From assembly GCA_013265495.1 (NCBI GenBank), contig MU057947.1:10048-74047 (forward strand): 64,000 bases of DNA, given 5' to 3'. A model generated the notes under the pieces. The model saw only the letters and a list, made by a program, of their open reading frames with translations, was not told where the DNA came from and did no database searches. A program made the position numbers and the translations under genes. The stretch is from Vicugna vicugna (lineage: Eukaryota). Shown here piece by piece: positions 10,232-24,000 of this stretch; position 1 is the stretch's first letter, and each line of letters starts with the position of its first letter.

Positions 10232-13200
10232 ATCCACAGATGACTGGGTGTCTGTTCAAACAGGCCGGCATGATGTCATTCCCTCTATTTCATAAATTGT
10301 CTTCACTTCCCTGGCTCCGGCTGCAGAAAAGGAAAAACCCCAAATGGAACACATCAAGTAATATGATCATAAGGCTTAACCCCGCTTACTTTTAAAGTAC
10401 AGAGAAAGTGGATTATCAACTTTTTATTAAAAACATTTACTGTCTCCATGGAGAAATTAAAAAAAAAACTAGGGCAAAAGAGGGACGAACGATGTAAGGT
10501 TTGGTAAAAAGGAATTAACATCCTGTAAATTAGAACTCCTGGAATATTCTAATTATGAAATGAGCAGGTAATCCAGTCAGCCTATATTCCAGGAGAGCAA
10601 ACCAGGCCTTTAAATTATTAAGTCCTAAAAACCATCCTCTCTTTCCCAGTCTCTCATGTGCCTTGAAACTAATTCTCGGCATTAGTGTATTTGGCTCTAA
10701 GTTGGGTATGTGCTCGGCCTGACAACGCTTGAAAGTGCCAAGGCATAAAATTTGTCGCTCACCAGAGAACGCACTGTGGGTTTGCCATTTGTTTAAAGTT
10801 AGACAGTCTCCTTCTAATTGGATTCAATTACGAGCAGTTGACAGTCTTTATGGGATGACAACAGGCTTCCAGTGGGCTCCCGCGGGGTGGCACAGGTCTC
10901 GCCGGGTCCCCGGGATCCAAGGTGTCCCTCCACGTGGGATCAAGGATGCCCTGGTCTCCTGTTCCAGGCTCCAGGCCTCTGGCCTGCTGTCCACTGACTT
11001 CCTCTCTGCCTTAGAGCATCACCAGCAGAAGACAAGGCTGTCTTCCCCTCCAGAGAGCAGGTGACAAGATGCAAAGATGAGAAGGTGGATGTTAGAAAGG
11101 GAAAGAGCGTGGCCCATTAAGGAAACCAGGAAATCGAGCCTCTAAGACACAGAAACTCGTGCCAAGGCTAGAGCGGTCTCTGGGCCCTTCTGTTCCCATC
11201 ACTTATTTATGACTTCATGGGCCCAGACCCTGGCTGGGGCCCACACCGGCCAGCGACAGAAGTGGGGACTTGCACAAGCCAATCAAGGGCATTTTCAGAA
11301 TTAAAGTCAACCTGCCCTTTTGAAGGCCACTGGAAAAGGGACACAGAGTGAGTAAGAGCACACGGCTACACCCCTCCCAGCAAGACCCTGGGTGCAGGGT
11401 GGGCTGCCTGTGGGGTCTGGAATCCTCTCTGGGAGGGAGGCCAGGAGAGACACTGACCTGCTGGCACTGTCCACCCTGTGGCTTGGCTGCCTGCCTGCAG
11501 AGAGGCAGGTGCCAGCCATTCCTTGGCAGAAGGGACAGTTCCCTGACTGTAGCTGTGGGAAGGCCCCAGACTCCACCAGCCTCCAGGCAGAGTGACAGGC
11601 CTGCAAGAACCTGGGGCCGGTAAGAGGAGGGTGCTCAAAGCCCTGACACCTGACCTGTGTTCCCGGGGCCCAGGCATCTGACACCACCTCGCGGATGACC
11701 GACGGGGCTCTGAGGGGGAGATGGCCTCTGAAAAGCCTCGTGTTCCGGGGGTGGGGCAGACGCCTGCCCGCACAATAACTGGGCAGTTCTGCCAGGGCTG
11801 TGCCAGGCAGCCCAGGCCTCCTTCCTGCAAAACCCCTCACTCCGGCAGGAGGCCTGGGAGGGCTCCGGGTGGCCAGAGCTTGAGCCAAGTTCCCTCAGTT
11901 TAAGACCCACAGCATCCGACTGAGGGACCCTCTGCCTCGGCCTGTCAGACGCTCTTCACCCGTCACCTTGGCTGCAGGGATGTGGGTACCTGGGAAATGC
12001 AAGCGGGGTCATCGTGATAATGAAGCCGACTCCAAGGGCCGTGGGGAGGGCGTGCCTGGCAGGACTTGACACAGGTGTCCCAGTGGATTGGTCTACAGAT
12101 AAAAGGACCCAGCTTGGCCCATGACCAGTCCCATGGGGCCACCAGGTGGAGGGAAAGGATGATGCAACAGGACTTCTCTGCTGACTGGCATCTTCCGGAG
12201 GCTGCAGGTACAGCCAGAGCAGAAAAGTAGCCGTCTGCCCTCCCTCTCTGCCCAGAGGCCATCGGGAGAGGCCGCGCTGGAGGGACACAGTACAGTTGGA
12301 GGGATGGAGTCCAGTGAAAGGCACTCGGTCCCACGAGAGGGACACCCTGCATGGCCTCTGCAGGGGACACCCAGAAGCCGCAACTCGGGCAGCTGGAGAA
12401 CGGGACCATGTGCTTTCACTTGCTTAGCGCCCTCCACAGTCAGAGGGGTCCTCACCTGATCAAGGCGGTCTCCCCTAGGAGGGAACAGGGCCCCTGCCGT
12501 TATAGCAGATTCTGGACTGGCTAACCAGTGTGGCTCCAGGCTCAGACACGGCTTCCTGTGCCACCGGGGGTGGGCGGAAGTACTCAGGTGAGCTGTCCCC
12601 ACAGGGGCCATGTGGCACCTGGCTGAACCTAGAGAGTTCGCGGGCCGACGCCCTCCCTGATGTGCAGCACAGGCGTGTCTGGCCAAGACAACTTTTTAAG
12701 GAGTGGAAAGCCCTGGAGGACCCGTCAGTTGCCCACAGAGGCTTCCCAAGACTGAGGAGGGACCACGGCTAGCAGCGGCTGGGCGGGAGGGGCTACCTTT
12801 TACCGCTGGTGGCTTCTGAGGACACAGGTGGGCCCAGCTGAACCGCAGGAGCCCTAGGACCCTGGGGGCCTTCAGTGGAATCCCCAGAGCGAGAATGGCT
12901 GATGGAGGCCAGAGGCTACTTGTGCAGTGAGTCTTAGAGTGACCATGGGGCTGGGGCCACCAGTAACCCCAGTACTGGTCACTGTCCCTCCGTCAGCTCC
13001 TGGGGAGAGGGTGCAGCACCCCACGTGGGCATGTGGCCCCGACCCCAAGGATGTGCAGCCAGACCCTCCCCTCTCTGCAGCAAAGATGGCGCCTCCTTCC
13101 CAGCTCATTCCAGAAGCAGCGTCCGCAGACCACGGCCACAGCCCCGAGGCCCGGGTCCTCCATTCTCACTTTAGTAGCCCTTTCTTTAGAAGTAAAATAA

Positions 13201-14009
13201 ATGTTAAAACACTTGACATTTAAAGTGACAAGATGTCCAGCGTCTCCGGCGGCAGACCCCCGGCAAGTGCTCCTTGCTTTGAATTTTGTCCAACAAGGAT
13301 GCAGTGACCCTGAGCACTACCTGCGGGAGAGACGGCCGGAGGAGCCCCGTCCCCGCACCCCCTTTCATGACCGTGGATGGTTCACACTGGCCGTGTCACC
13401 AGAGAGGGAGCACCTGGCATCCTGGGACATGAGCTCCTCCAGTCTCCCCATCATGGTGCTCAGGGCCCGGCTGCTGCCGGGGGCTAATTGGTCCCCAGGT
13501 GGTCCAAGGAGCTGGCGCCTTGCCTGGAGCTGGCCCGGCCCGGGGGACGGGGCAGACCCCACAGCCTGCCATGTCTCCCAGGTGTGCAGGGGCCCAGGTG
13601 ACAGCCCCAGGGAAAAAGGAAAATAGCAAAATTGTTGCTGCTAAATCAATCCCATTAAAGGTGGCAATTACCCACACTCCCAGTGTGGGCGACAACTCCC
13701 AGGGCCGTTAATGAGAAAACCTCTGTTCTTGGCCCCTTCTTATTCCAGCAGCTCTTGGCTGAGTCCTGGCGCTCCACGAGTCACCCGTGGACCCGGGTGG
13801 AGGAGAGCTCCGTGGGAGGGGCCGTGCCTCAGTCACAGATGACACGGGTTTACAGACACCCTCTGGCAGAACTTTCTTGTAGGTACCAGGGCATTTCCGG
13901 GGGGTCATTCCTGCTCAGTGATTAAAGGTCAGTTTCTGTGCCCTGAGAAGCACCTGCAGAGCAACCAAGAAACCAGTTCTGGGATCTATCGTGGGCCAGC
14001 TCTGTGTCT

Positions 14010-14125
14010 AGGACCTCAGTCTCCTCACCCGTGAAATGGGGTCATGGTAGAGTTGACCCCAAGGAGCTGAGAGGAAAGCCCCCTTCCAGTGCCCAGCACT
14101 GGGTGAGAACCCAACAAATACCCTT
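14010..14125 (+). mobile_element. MIR fragment
   Basis: 'cctcagtctcctcacccgtgaaatgggg' matches the MIR core. Confidence 0.6.
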
Positions 14126-14219
14126 TATTTCTGCATCTGGGCACCCCACAGAGTCCAGTCCCGTTTTGCACACTGTAACCACTGTGCCTGCTCTGAACTG
14201 ATGGGGGTCAGTGCCTACA

Positions 14220-14320
14220 CTCATTCCTTTATTTTTAATCTGTCATTGATCTAGTCAACAAACATTTATGGCGGCCAAAAAAGACATCTTCCTCCTCCTG
14301 AAGTTTACAGTCTAGTGCAA
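14220..14320 (-). mobile_element. L2 3' fragment
   Basis: 'tcaacaaacatttat...cctcctgaagtttacagtctagtg', antisense L2 tail. Confidence 0.5.
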
Positions 14321-14735
14321 AGGCCTGGAATCAAGAAACAAGGTAAAAGCTGAACACTGTGGTTTTAAGGTTCTTTTTTTCTTTTTAATTAACAAAAAAT
14401 GACCACCTTGGATGCTGGTTGATGATGGTGGTAAAATGGATTCACTTCTCCACGGTACCCGACGTGGCAACCTGGGCAAACACTTCACTGGAATATTCCA
14501 TGGGAATGTCTGAAGTCATACAGACAGAGCCGTCCTTTGATGCATGAGGAAGTCCAACCTCATACATTTACCCCACTTCAGGTGACAGGGCAGAGAGCAC
14601 CTAATCGCACTAAAATGGGAATTTGGATCCTCAGGGGAGATACAGACGAGAGGCTGGAGGGGACAAGGAGTGAGAGAAGTGGTTTCTGACCCTGAACCAC
14701 GACCACTGTGGTCACGAGCAGGATGCGCACGCCTC

Positions 14736-15189
14736 TGTTACGGGCTGGACTACGTTCCCCAAAAAGATGTGCCGAAGTCCTAAGCCTCAGTACTGCCTAA
14801 TGAGACCTTATTTGGAAACAGGGTATTTTGGGTCACAGTCAAAGTCAAGATGAGGTCGTTAGGGTGAGCCTTCATCCTGTGTGACCAGTGTCCTTATAGA
14901 GGAGAAGTAGTCCCGCCTACGGAGGATTGTTCTACATGAAGACACGGGGAGAAAAGGGCCATGTGGTGAGGGAGAGGGGAGGGGTGCACCTCCAAGCCAA
15001 GGGCTGTCGGCAAACACCAAGCTGGGAGAGGCGGGAAGACGCCTCCCCTCCAGGCTCCAGGGGGAGCGAGGCCCTGCTGACACCTCGGTTCACACTTCCA
15101 CCCTCCAGAACTGTGAGAGCGTGAACGTCTGTTTTTTCAGCCACCGGTCTGTGGCACCTATTTGTTATCGCAGCTTTAGGAAACTAACA
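14736..15189 (+). mobile_element. MaLR solo LTR (MLT1B/C-like)
   Basis: TG...CA ends; 'gaccttatttggaaacaggg', 'aagatgaggtc', 'gtgtccttataga', 'caagccaagg', 'gccctgctgacacct', 'cctccagaactgtgaga', 'tttgttatcgcagc...aggaaactaaca'. Confidence 0.88.
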
Positions 15190-15522
15190 CCTACTCTGAA
15201 TTTCAGATTCTGTTATCTTTAAAAGAGGAAAATATTTTTCTTTATAGAATAGACTCTGTAGGCTTTTAGTCCCTGAACTAAACTGCATTGTCCTGGAGAG
15301 AACGTCAGACTGCTAGCAAGATTCTGAGCAGACCTGGAGAGAACAGAGGTTCTCAGGTGTAAGGAACCCAAGGCTGAGTCTCACTTGCCTGTTCCCTAGG
15401 GCAGCTCACTTTTCTAGCTGCACAGAGACCTTGCTTCCACGCTGGTTTCTAAAATTAAAGTTCATCAGAAATGAGTGAAATAAAATTAAGGTACAAATAA
15501 ATAGTTTCTTTACACCTCCCAG

Positions 15523-15602
15523 TGAACCCAGGACCTTGTGCATGCCAAGCGCATGCTCTACCACTGAGCTATACCCTCCCCGCCTTGAGCTATACCCTCC
15601 CC
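15523..15602 (-). mobile_element. Vic-1-like SINE head fragment with duplicated 5' 17 bp
   Basis: 'tgaacccaggaccttgtgcatgccaagcgcatgctctaccactgagctataccctcccc'; TGAGCTATACCCTCCCC at 15565-15581 and 15586-15602. Confidence 0.82.
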
Positions 15603-15754
15603 TAACTTTAAAGTGTGTACTGCAGTATTGTTGACTGTGTTTTCTTTAATCATTTATTTTTAATTTATGTTTTACATCTGTTTTATGAAGGATAACCTAT
15701 AATAATTCGTATATTATATACATGTATACATATTGGGTATATTAATATATAATG

Positions 15755-15777
15755 GGTGTGTGTGTGTGTGTGTGTGT
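15755..15777. repeat. (GT)n microsatellite
   Basis: About 11 GT units. Confidence 0.9.
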
Positions 15778-16934
15778 AGCATAAGCAGGTCTGAAGGTGA
15801 CCATTTTAATAGTGCTGCTGGACAATGAAAAGTTTGGAGGTGACTGACTTAGGGGATCACAAATGGTCACCTGGAGTCATCATCTTAAAACGTCAGGGTT
15901 TTGAAGTTCATTTCCCATCTTCTCTGTGTAATCACAGTGCATTTGGGATACCCAGCCAGGTTTCCCAAAAGCCATGCCCTGATTCACTGGGAAACATTGA
16001 GCTTTTGCAAGTGCTGGAGGGCGCTCTGTTCTAGCACCCCAACCACAGGTTAACAGATACAGGCATTATCTCTTCCAACTGATTCCTTTTAAAGGTGGGA
16101 AACTGAGAGCTAGGAAGCAGGAGAGGCAGATACAGAGAGAGAGGAAGGAAGCCAGTACCGCAAAGTGAAGGTTGCCTCTGGACCTGACTGCGGTCGCACT
16201 TGGGGGACCCTGGGAAGGATGCCTGGGTCCTGCTCGGGGCCAGCATTGTGCTGGGGGCAGCGCCTTGTGCATCAGGATGCACGATGCTCAACCCCTTTGA
16301 GTCTCAGCGTCTTTGAGTGTAAAACTGCAGAGAAGCCTCTGTCCCGCTTACAGCATCATCAGGAGAGCATTCTCCATCAATTACATGGCGCTGCCCACAT
16401 GTGAAGGATTATCATCATCATTACAATCGATACAGGGCTCTTGCGAGGATGATGTCATCCTGCGTGTGTGCGTTTGCCCAGGAACTTCCGGGGGTCCATG
16501 AAAAACCCATGCTCTTATCTCCGGGGGGGGGTTCTCAGGGGCTAGAAGTGGGAAGGGTCCTATGTTCATTGTACACTCTTTCACATTGTTTAAACTTTTT
16601 TTTAACCAGATTTCTTTCGTTTTTATAATAATAAAAAGAATGGATGACATTGTACAGGGTAACTAGATCACGGTTCACTTGAAAACACCACCTGGACTCT
16701 AGCTCGGTCCTGTGCACTGCGCCAAGACCCCAACACCAGGGCGAGTGGCAGACAGAGTCCCATCCTTAGGGAGCTCTGCTCTGCATGGTGCTGACGGCCC
16801 TGCTCTGAGCAATCGCACTGATGCTGGTGACCACATCCCAGGTGGGGACCTCCATCCGTCCATTTACTCACCTGTCTTCATCTGCCCCTCAGGTGAGTGT
16901 AACAGAGCTCATCGTGGCTCTCGGTGCGTGGTAC

Positions 16935-17320
16935 CACATCATACTGAGCGAAGTAAGTCAGACAGAGAAAGACAAAGATCAAATGATAGCAGTTATATCG
17001 GGAATCTGAAAAAACAATGATACAAATTCGATTTACAAACCCAGAACAGACTCAGGGACATAGAAAACAAACTATGGTTATTACCAAAGGGGAAAGGGCA
17101 GGGCCGGATAAATTAGGGGTTGGGGATTAACAGACACATTACTAAATATAAAATAGATAAATAACAAGGACTTATATTCAATTTCTTGTATTAACTTAAA
17201 ATGGAAAAGAATCTGAAAAGAAAATACATGTGTGTGTATGTATGACTGAATCACGTTGCTGTACACCTAAAACTAACACTGTAAATCAACTACACTTCAA
17301 TAAAAAATTTTTTTAAAAAG
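16935..17320 (+). mobile_element. 5'-truncated L1 (ORF2 tail plus 3' UTR)
   Basis: IILSEVSQTEKDK... ORF2 C-terminus, followed by 'cagactcagggacatagaaaacaaactatggtt...ctgtacacctaaaactaacactgtaaatcaactacacttcaataaaaaa'. Confidence 0.9.
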
Positions 17321-19039
17321 ATTCCATGATGACAAAATGGGAGGTAAAAAAAGAGCTGGCCTGGCCGGCCTTTTCTCCCTCGCTGTTGATAACCGTCTTT
17401 CTCTGTCCCCATCCCACGCCCGGTCTGAGCTCTGGGAGGTGGCTCCGGGCCTGGTCCTCCCGCGGCTTCTCCGTTCCTATAGAGAGGGGCGCCTCTGTTT
17501 TCGTGGAATACAAGGCAACAGAACCACACCTGACATTACAGAACAAATCAGAACTGCCCCGTGGCCCCTGGTTTGCCCTTGGGCAGCGAAGAGGCAAACT
17601 GGCGGAATCCGGCTCAGTCAGGCTCCCCTGGTGTCCAGGTGTGTGGGGGGCCTGCAGCAAATCCTATGGGACAAACCTGGCTCAGAGCGCCGGCCCTTGG
17701 GAGCAAGGTCGATGACCCAAATGTGTGGCTTGAGGAGGAAATGACCCCCAGGGCGGTCCCCCGTGGACCTCGAGCTTCCAGGCCCATGCTAGCCTGCTCC
17801 TCCTCACAAACACAGACCCAAGCACACATCACGCACCCGCTGTGTGTCCCCATCTTCCTCGGAGGCCGAGGGCGCTGCAGACACCCACAGAGGGCGCTGG
17901 AGGGAAGGGGTGCTGGACATGCAGATCGCATGTCCCTTCATTAAAACACTCGGTCCTGAGAAGGCATTTTGAAATATTCATTGAACCAATTTTTATTGAA
18001 CCTACGTGGCCCCATCAAATGCCATCCACCCGGGCTCCCGGACGCTTGTCAGGAGAAGTAAATTGAACTCCTGATGGACCGGAGCCGGAGGTCAGCAGGC
18101 GGGCTCCTCTGCCTTCACCCGCTTTTCTCGAAGCGTAGGACGGGAGGGCAGCCGTCACCCGGGCGCTGCGGCAATCATTACAGGTCTGCAGTGAAGCAGA
18201 AAAACGCTGTAATAAACAGGTCCCGCCGCCTTCCATCACTCCATCCATCCTCCCTGCAAGTGCTCGGCCCTTCTGGCCTTGCTGAGCGTTAAATCCCCGT
18301 CCAGCTGTTTGACCCTATTACACGAACATGATGGGCACCCCTGTCACTCGAAATGCCTGTAACAGTCGGATGCACAGAATCTATCTTCCCGACAGGTAAA
18401 CCTATGGATAATTTATTTTTATGTGCTTTCAGAGGATGTTGACAGCAGTCAGGAAGGTCCACCGCGCTCTCACGGGTTGCAGGGGAGAGAGTCTGGAGGT
18501 CCGGCGGTCACTGTTAATGAGCACGACGGTGGATGCCAGAAGAGCACCCTCTCCACGTGTCTCCGGATGTGGGGCCCCGGCCCCTCCAAGGTCCAGTTCT
18601 GTGCACGATTATGGTTGTGACCCAGAATCAGGCAGGGACACCCTGAGTTCCCTTCAGCAAAGGCATCTAACAGAAACATCCGATGGGGGCGGGGGGTGGC
18701 GACACTGCGCACAGCGGGACAAAGCCTGTTTCACGCCACGGCCACACTGCCCTAGTGTGCGCGGGGCTCCGTTAAAACGTCTCCGGGGCTTGACACCTCC
18801 CACCTCACTGCTCCACACTGGCAGGACACTGTCTCCAAGAATGTTCCCAAAATGTGAGAGAGAAGGCGCATCAGGCTACAGGAGCATCTTCAAGTTCGCT
18901 ATTGCAAATGTCACAGGAGGTGACCGCACACTTGACACATCAGCCTTTGCAAGTCAGTTCCATGCAATCATTGCGACCCGGGCGCAGGGGGGCCTGGAAA
19001 GGGAATGACTTCTAAGTCGCCCTCCGGACTGCTGTTTGA

Positions 19040-19850
19040 CCGTGGACCTTCACAATGGGTGCCATTTAAGCCTCCGGAATCCAATCAATGTGTCAGTTAA
19101 ATTGCTACTCATCTGTCGAGATTAAGCGTCCGACTATTACCTCAGATTTAGTAGAAGACTTAGATACTGGCACATTTCACTGCAGCCATTAGTAACACCT
19201 GGAATCATTCACATTAGTTTAAGATCTGGCCCCATAAATTCCCAGCCATTAATGATTATTCTGACTCCTCAGGATAAATGGCTTAACGTTTTTGATAATG
19301 AAAATATACATTCTGCAGTAGTTCCTTCTTAAACCCACATTACCTTTGTAATGCACTTCATGGCTGATGGTAACGGACGGGGCCATAACTCTCACAAGGG
19401 TTTTTTAGTGGGCTGTAAAGTGTTGAGGATCTGTTGTACTATTCATTTAAAAAAAAAATTAACGAGATATTTATTTAGCTGTTTGCGTTCGGAAAGGTAA
19501 TTAAGTATCTTAATTGGTGCGCTTGTCACACAGAGGGACACGGGATCTCGATTTGGGTTATTTCTGCCTCTTCCCTTGTCAGTGCCAATGCACAGGGCAG
19601 GGTCTGTACAAAGGCAGGCAGGCAGCGAAACCATAAACTTCTGTTGGATGTTATCAAAAATAACAGAAAAATACCATTGTGAGAGCCGAGGGTGTCCGCT
19701 TAGTGATAGCTGAGAGAGATTATTTAAATATCGCAAATAAATCTTTTCATTCCCGGCACATTCATCTCTTTTAAGTGCTCATTAAGGTGGGGTGTGACAG
19801 TCTTAGAAAATGAAACACTAATTCTTTTCCTCTGAAGCCTGAGTGCGCCG
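19040..19850. promoter_or_regulatory. Candidate conserved non-coding enhancer block
   Basis: AT-richer than flanks, no recognisable repeat, dense TAAT/ATTA, CAATCA, TGTCA, GATTAA and CCATAAA motifs. Confidence 0.45.
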
Positions 19851-21049
19851 CTCCCAAGGGCAGCTGCAGTTAGGGGATTACAGGGCTGGTGCAGAGAGGG
19901 GCGCCTCGCCGGCATTTCATCCCAAAAAGTGATGGGGGGTGCTTGTTTGATGCCCCGTTCTTCTCGCTCATATTCTGTGATCTATTAGATCTGAAGGAAA
20001 CGGATGTCAGTTTGTGGTGTGTGATAAACGCTCCCCAGAACGGGGCTGTGCCGACCTCACCTCACTGCCATTCAGCATAATTTGCAGTCAGCTTGTCTTT
20101 GCTTGATTTAGACTAAGTTTTCCAAAGACAGAAACTGAAGGATGGGGCTAGAGCTTCACGCTCTGTCTTTCCAGCGGCAGGATTTTTTTCTTTCTTTCTC
20201 TTTTTTTTTCAGTGATAAAGAAACTCTGTCTAAAATTGTATCCCAGCATCAGTCTGCCGTTAAATGCAAACAAACACATGCATTCACACCACACTGTTGG
20301 AGGCATTCATATTCCTGGATCACTCTCAGAGAGGCCCTCAGGATTCTCTTAAACAATAAAGGTTCATTAAATAGTACCCACCAACTCCTTAATGAACTCA
20401 GAAATGGTTATTGATTCACGTTAGGCCTGAATTGCTTAAATTCAACTCAGAATTTCACAGGCCGTATCAGAAAGCAGTGCCCAGGCACCAAAGGGGCCAG
20501 CTGGAGTCCCTCGGCGAGCAGAAACCCTGTCCGTGTAGACGGCACCGCCCGGCATGGCTCCTCCCAAGCTCTCATCTTCCACCCCAGCCTCTGAAGCCTT
20601 CCCCAAACCTGGGCTCATCACAGCCCCAAAACACACTGTGGAGTACAGATGGGGAGCTCCAGAAGATTCTGTACCAGGACGGAACACACAGCACCCAGCC
20701 CGTGTGTTCAGCACAGAAGGCAGAAAGACAGAATGGAGACCCGTCCTCAGCCAAGAGTTCTACCTAGGGCAGGAGGGTGACCTCGGAGTTGTAACTGCCA
20801 GCGGGGAACCTGAAGGGACAAAAGGAAAAAAGAAAAAAAAAAGCCAGAAAAATGTGAACCTTACAGGAAAAGCTAGAAAGGTAATTGCAGGGCGCGCAGG
20901 GGAAGTGTCAAGGCACAGGAAATCGAGAGATGCGAACGATTTAATCCGAGAATCTAAAAATCATCAGAGCTTCACCTGGAAGGTGATTAGGATGAGGACT
21001 GAAGTTCAGGACCCTGCTGGGAACTGCACACATAAGGTCTTGCTGAAAC

Positions 21050-24000
21050 ATTAAGCCTGGAGCGTGCTAGGGCCACCGAGGGGCGCGCGATCAGTAGTAA
21101 CGGATAATGTTGACGACACTCGTTTAATTCCACGCTCTCGGGAAGTCCTCCAGGGCTCCGCCGCAAACATCCTCGGGACCCCGCTCCAGCTCCTTTCACC
21201 TGGGTGGCAGCGTGCACGCTTGTCCCCGATCGCCCCCCGCGCTGCAGGCCTGAGGAAGGGGACCCCCGGGACCAAGGCTCCGGAGAGCAGCCCCTGCCCA
21301 CTGCACTGGCGAGTGGACAGAGGGCAGGAGGGGCAGCGGCCACCTGCCCAGCATCGCGTGGAGAGGAGGCTGCACTGAGCCGCGGGGCAACCGGACCAGG
21401 CCTGCGCACAGGCGTGGGGAGAGGGCTGCCGGTGGCAGGGCGCCGACCAGGCCCATCTCGAAGGGGAAAATCTCTAGGCTTCACCCTTCTTCCTGAGCCT
21501 CAACAGAACAAGAGCCACTCCTAGCCGGGCCACCACGGGGGCCCTCGGGAAGACAAAAGAAACCTGCCGGGGCGAGCTCCAAGACAGCCAGTGTCCACAC
21601 GGGAGGAGCTGAAGCAGGAGGAAAAAGACGCGAGAAGCAGGGAAGCTGAATAAGCCAGAAGGAAGGAAACAAGGAGGTGCTAGAAGCAGGGGGCGGGCGG
21701 GCGGCCGACGGCTAAGCTGCGGTGTGTGTTGCCCCGTCCCCCGTCCCCCGTCCTGGGAACACGCAGAGTCTGATGGGCCAGCTGACACGGAGCTATTTTT
21801 AAGCAGCATGAAACTGACTAATTATGAAAGGGAGGGCTTAATGCAGAGACACCGAGAACATTCCAAAGCCTGCACGCTCTCTGCTACCGCCAGCGAGCTG
21901 TTTTTAGAAATCATTTTTGTGTGATTTTCTTTAGAAGGCAAATTTAAACGCATACGAAGCGGCAGGCCTTCCCCCGGGCTCAGTGTCGGAAATACACACA
22001 TGTACGTAGACACACGTGTGCACGAACACACACAAACACAGATAAACACATTCAGGCACACATAGACACATAGACACACACGTAGGATGTATGTTGTGTG
22101 CGTGCACCACACACACACGCTTTTCCTGTTTTTTTCTGTGTGTGCACCACGCACATCTACACATGCACATTTTTCCTATATTGTGTGCATGCACCACACA
22201 CCCCCATTTCTTGCGTTTTACACCTGCGCCACGTGCACGCAGACCCACACGCCTCTGCGGGTCTGTACTTGAGCGATGCAGAGAGTGACCTTCCCTCTAG
22301 GCGTTCCTTCCATGATCCCTGGAAAGTGTTAAGAAAGAAACCATTGGAACTGGAGCTGTATCAACCCAAATGAATAATGCTTTCAGCGGCAGGCGATCCT
22401 TTTAGACAGCGTGCCCCAGAATTTGGGGAAGGTGCAGCGAACTTGTAGAAATGATGATTCTGAGGAAGGAAATGCTGTGGGGGGACGGTTCAATTTCTAC
22501 GAATAAGTGCTTCATAATAGCTCAAAAGAGTCTCTGCCAGGCCTCTGCCTCTTTCGCAGTGCAAATGGGTAAGGACCCGCTGCAAAGCTCACTGCGCGCC
22601 GCGGAAGGCAAACAAGCGCAGTATCTGCTCTGCGTCGTTCCAAATGGTACGGAAACAACCGAAAGCGTCCCGGCTGCGGATGATCACGGAAGAACGACGG
22701 GCTGGTAATAAGTTCTCATTTAGGAATCCCTCAAACGCGGGAGGTGCGGGCTTGGCTGATGCGCCGAGGTTCTGGAGTTCGCGAGCCGCCCGCATGAGCG
22801 AGCAGGTCTCGGAAGGGGATCCGGGGCTGCGGCGGTGCGCGGGAAGGGGGGCCTGCGCGTGGAGATTTCGACTCAAAACCCCCTCATTTTATTAACCTGG
22901 AAAACTAACCGGTGTCTCAGCGGGGGGTGGGGCGGGGGGCTGTCCTGACACACTCCGGCCACACCACCAGCCCCAGGCACCAGCCCAGCGGCCACTCCGA
23001 TGCCCGCCGCCCAGCCGAAGCCGTGCCTCTCGGGCGATCACTTTCCTGGGAGTAGTTACTCACCAGGGTACCCGATGTTTTCTAGGGTAAAAACAAACTC
23101 CGCGGAGAGACTGTAGGAGGCTGTCAGGCTTATAGTAGATTCAGGCTGAAGCCTGGCGTCACTGATGCAGATGATCAATTACCAAAAACGAGGAGGAGGA
23201 CTGTTGAAAGTGGCAGTCACATGTGGCTGGCTGCCTGGCTGGGCTGAGGCAGGCTGGATCGGGTGCGCAGGGGACCGGCAGTGCCGGGCTTCCTACACCA
23301 CCCTGGCTTTGGAGGGGAGTCCCCAGTCCTGGGCAGCTCTCCACAGGGACAGCTGTTCTCCCAAAGCTTCCGCCTCAGCCCAGGGTGCCCCCCACTGCAG
23401 GCCTCACTGACAGCAGGTGGCCCCCACGGCGGCCTGTGGGGCTACGTGAGCGCTTCCTCCACTCTGGAACCTTCCACTCACGCTGGGCTCTGCACGCTCC
23501 TGCCCTGGACACCGGCCACCCAGGTGTGCCTGGCAAGGGAGCCCGGTGCTCCCTCAGTTTCCGCCTCCCCTCCGGGGCAGGGCTCTTGGAGGGCAGGCAC
23601 GTCTTGACAGCTTTCTAGGGCAGGGACTGTGTCAGGGGATTTGTTGGTTTCATGCAACCCGGCTCTTCAGGTGGCCTTTTCCATCCGTCTGCCTTGTTTT
23701 ATGTTTTAGAGAGAAGAGGTGTCTGCACGCTCTTCTCCCCTTGCCCCCTCCGCCATGCTACTAACAACAGAGCCACCCACACCTAACAACTGGGGCAGGG
23801 AGGAGACAGGACCAGGGCCCTGCGAACTCGCCACGGACGGGAGCAGGCGTGGGACCAGGGTCCTCGCCCGGCCGCAGCACGTGGTGTCCTCTTCCGACTT
23901 CTTTCTGTTTTGTTTAGTTGCTACGATCGCGGCACGGACTCAGAACCGTGAGTCTGCTCTTTGTTGCCGGTCAGGCGCTCCGGACCCGCAGGTAAAGACA

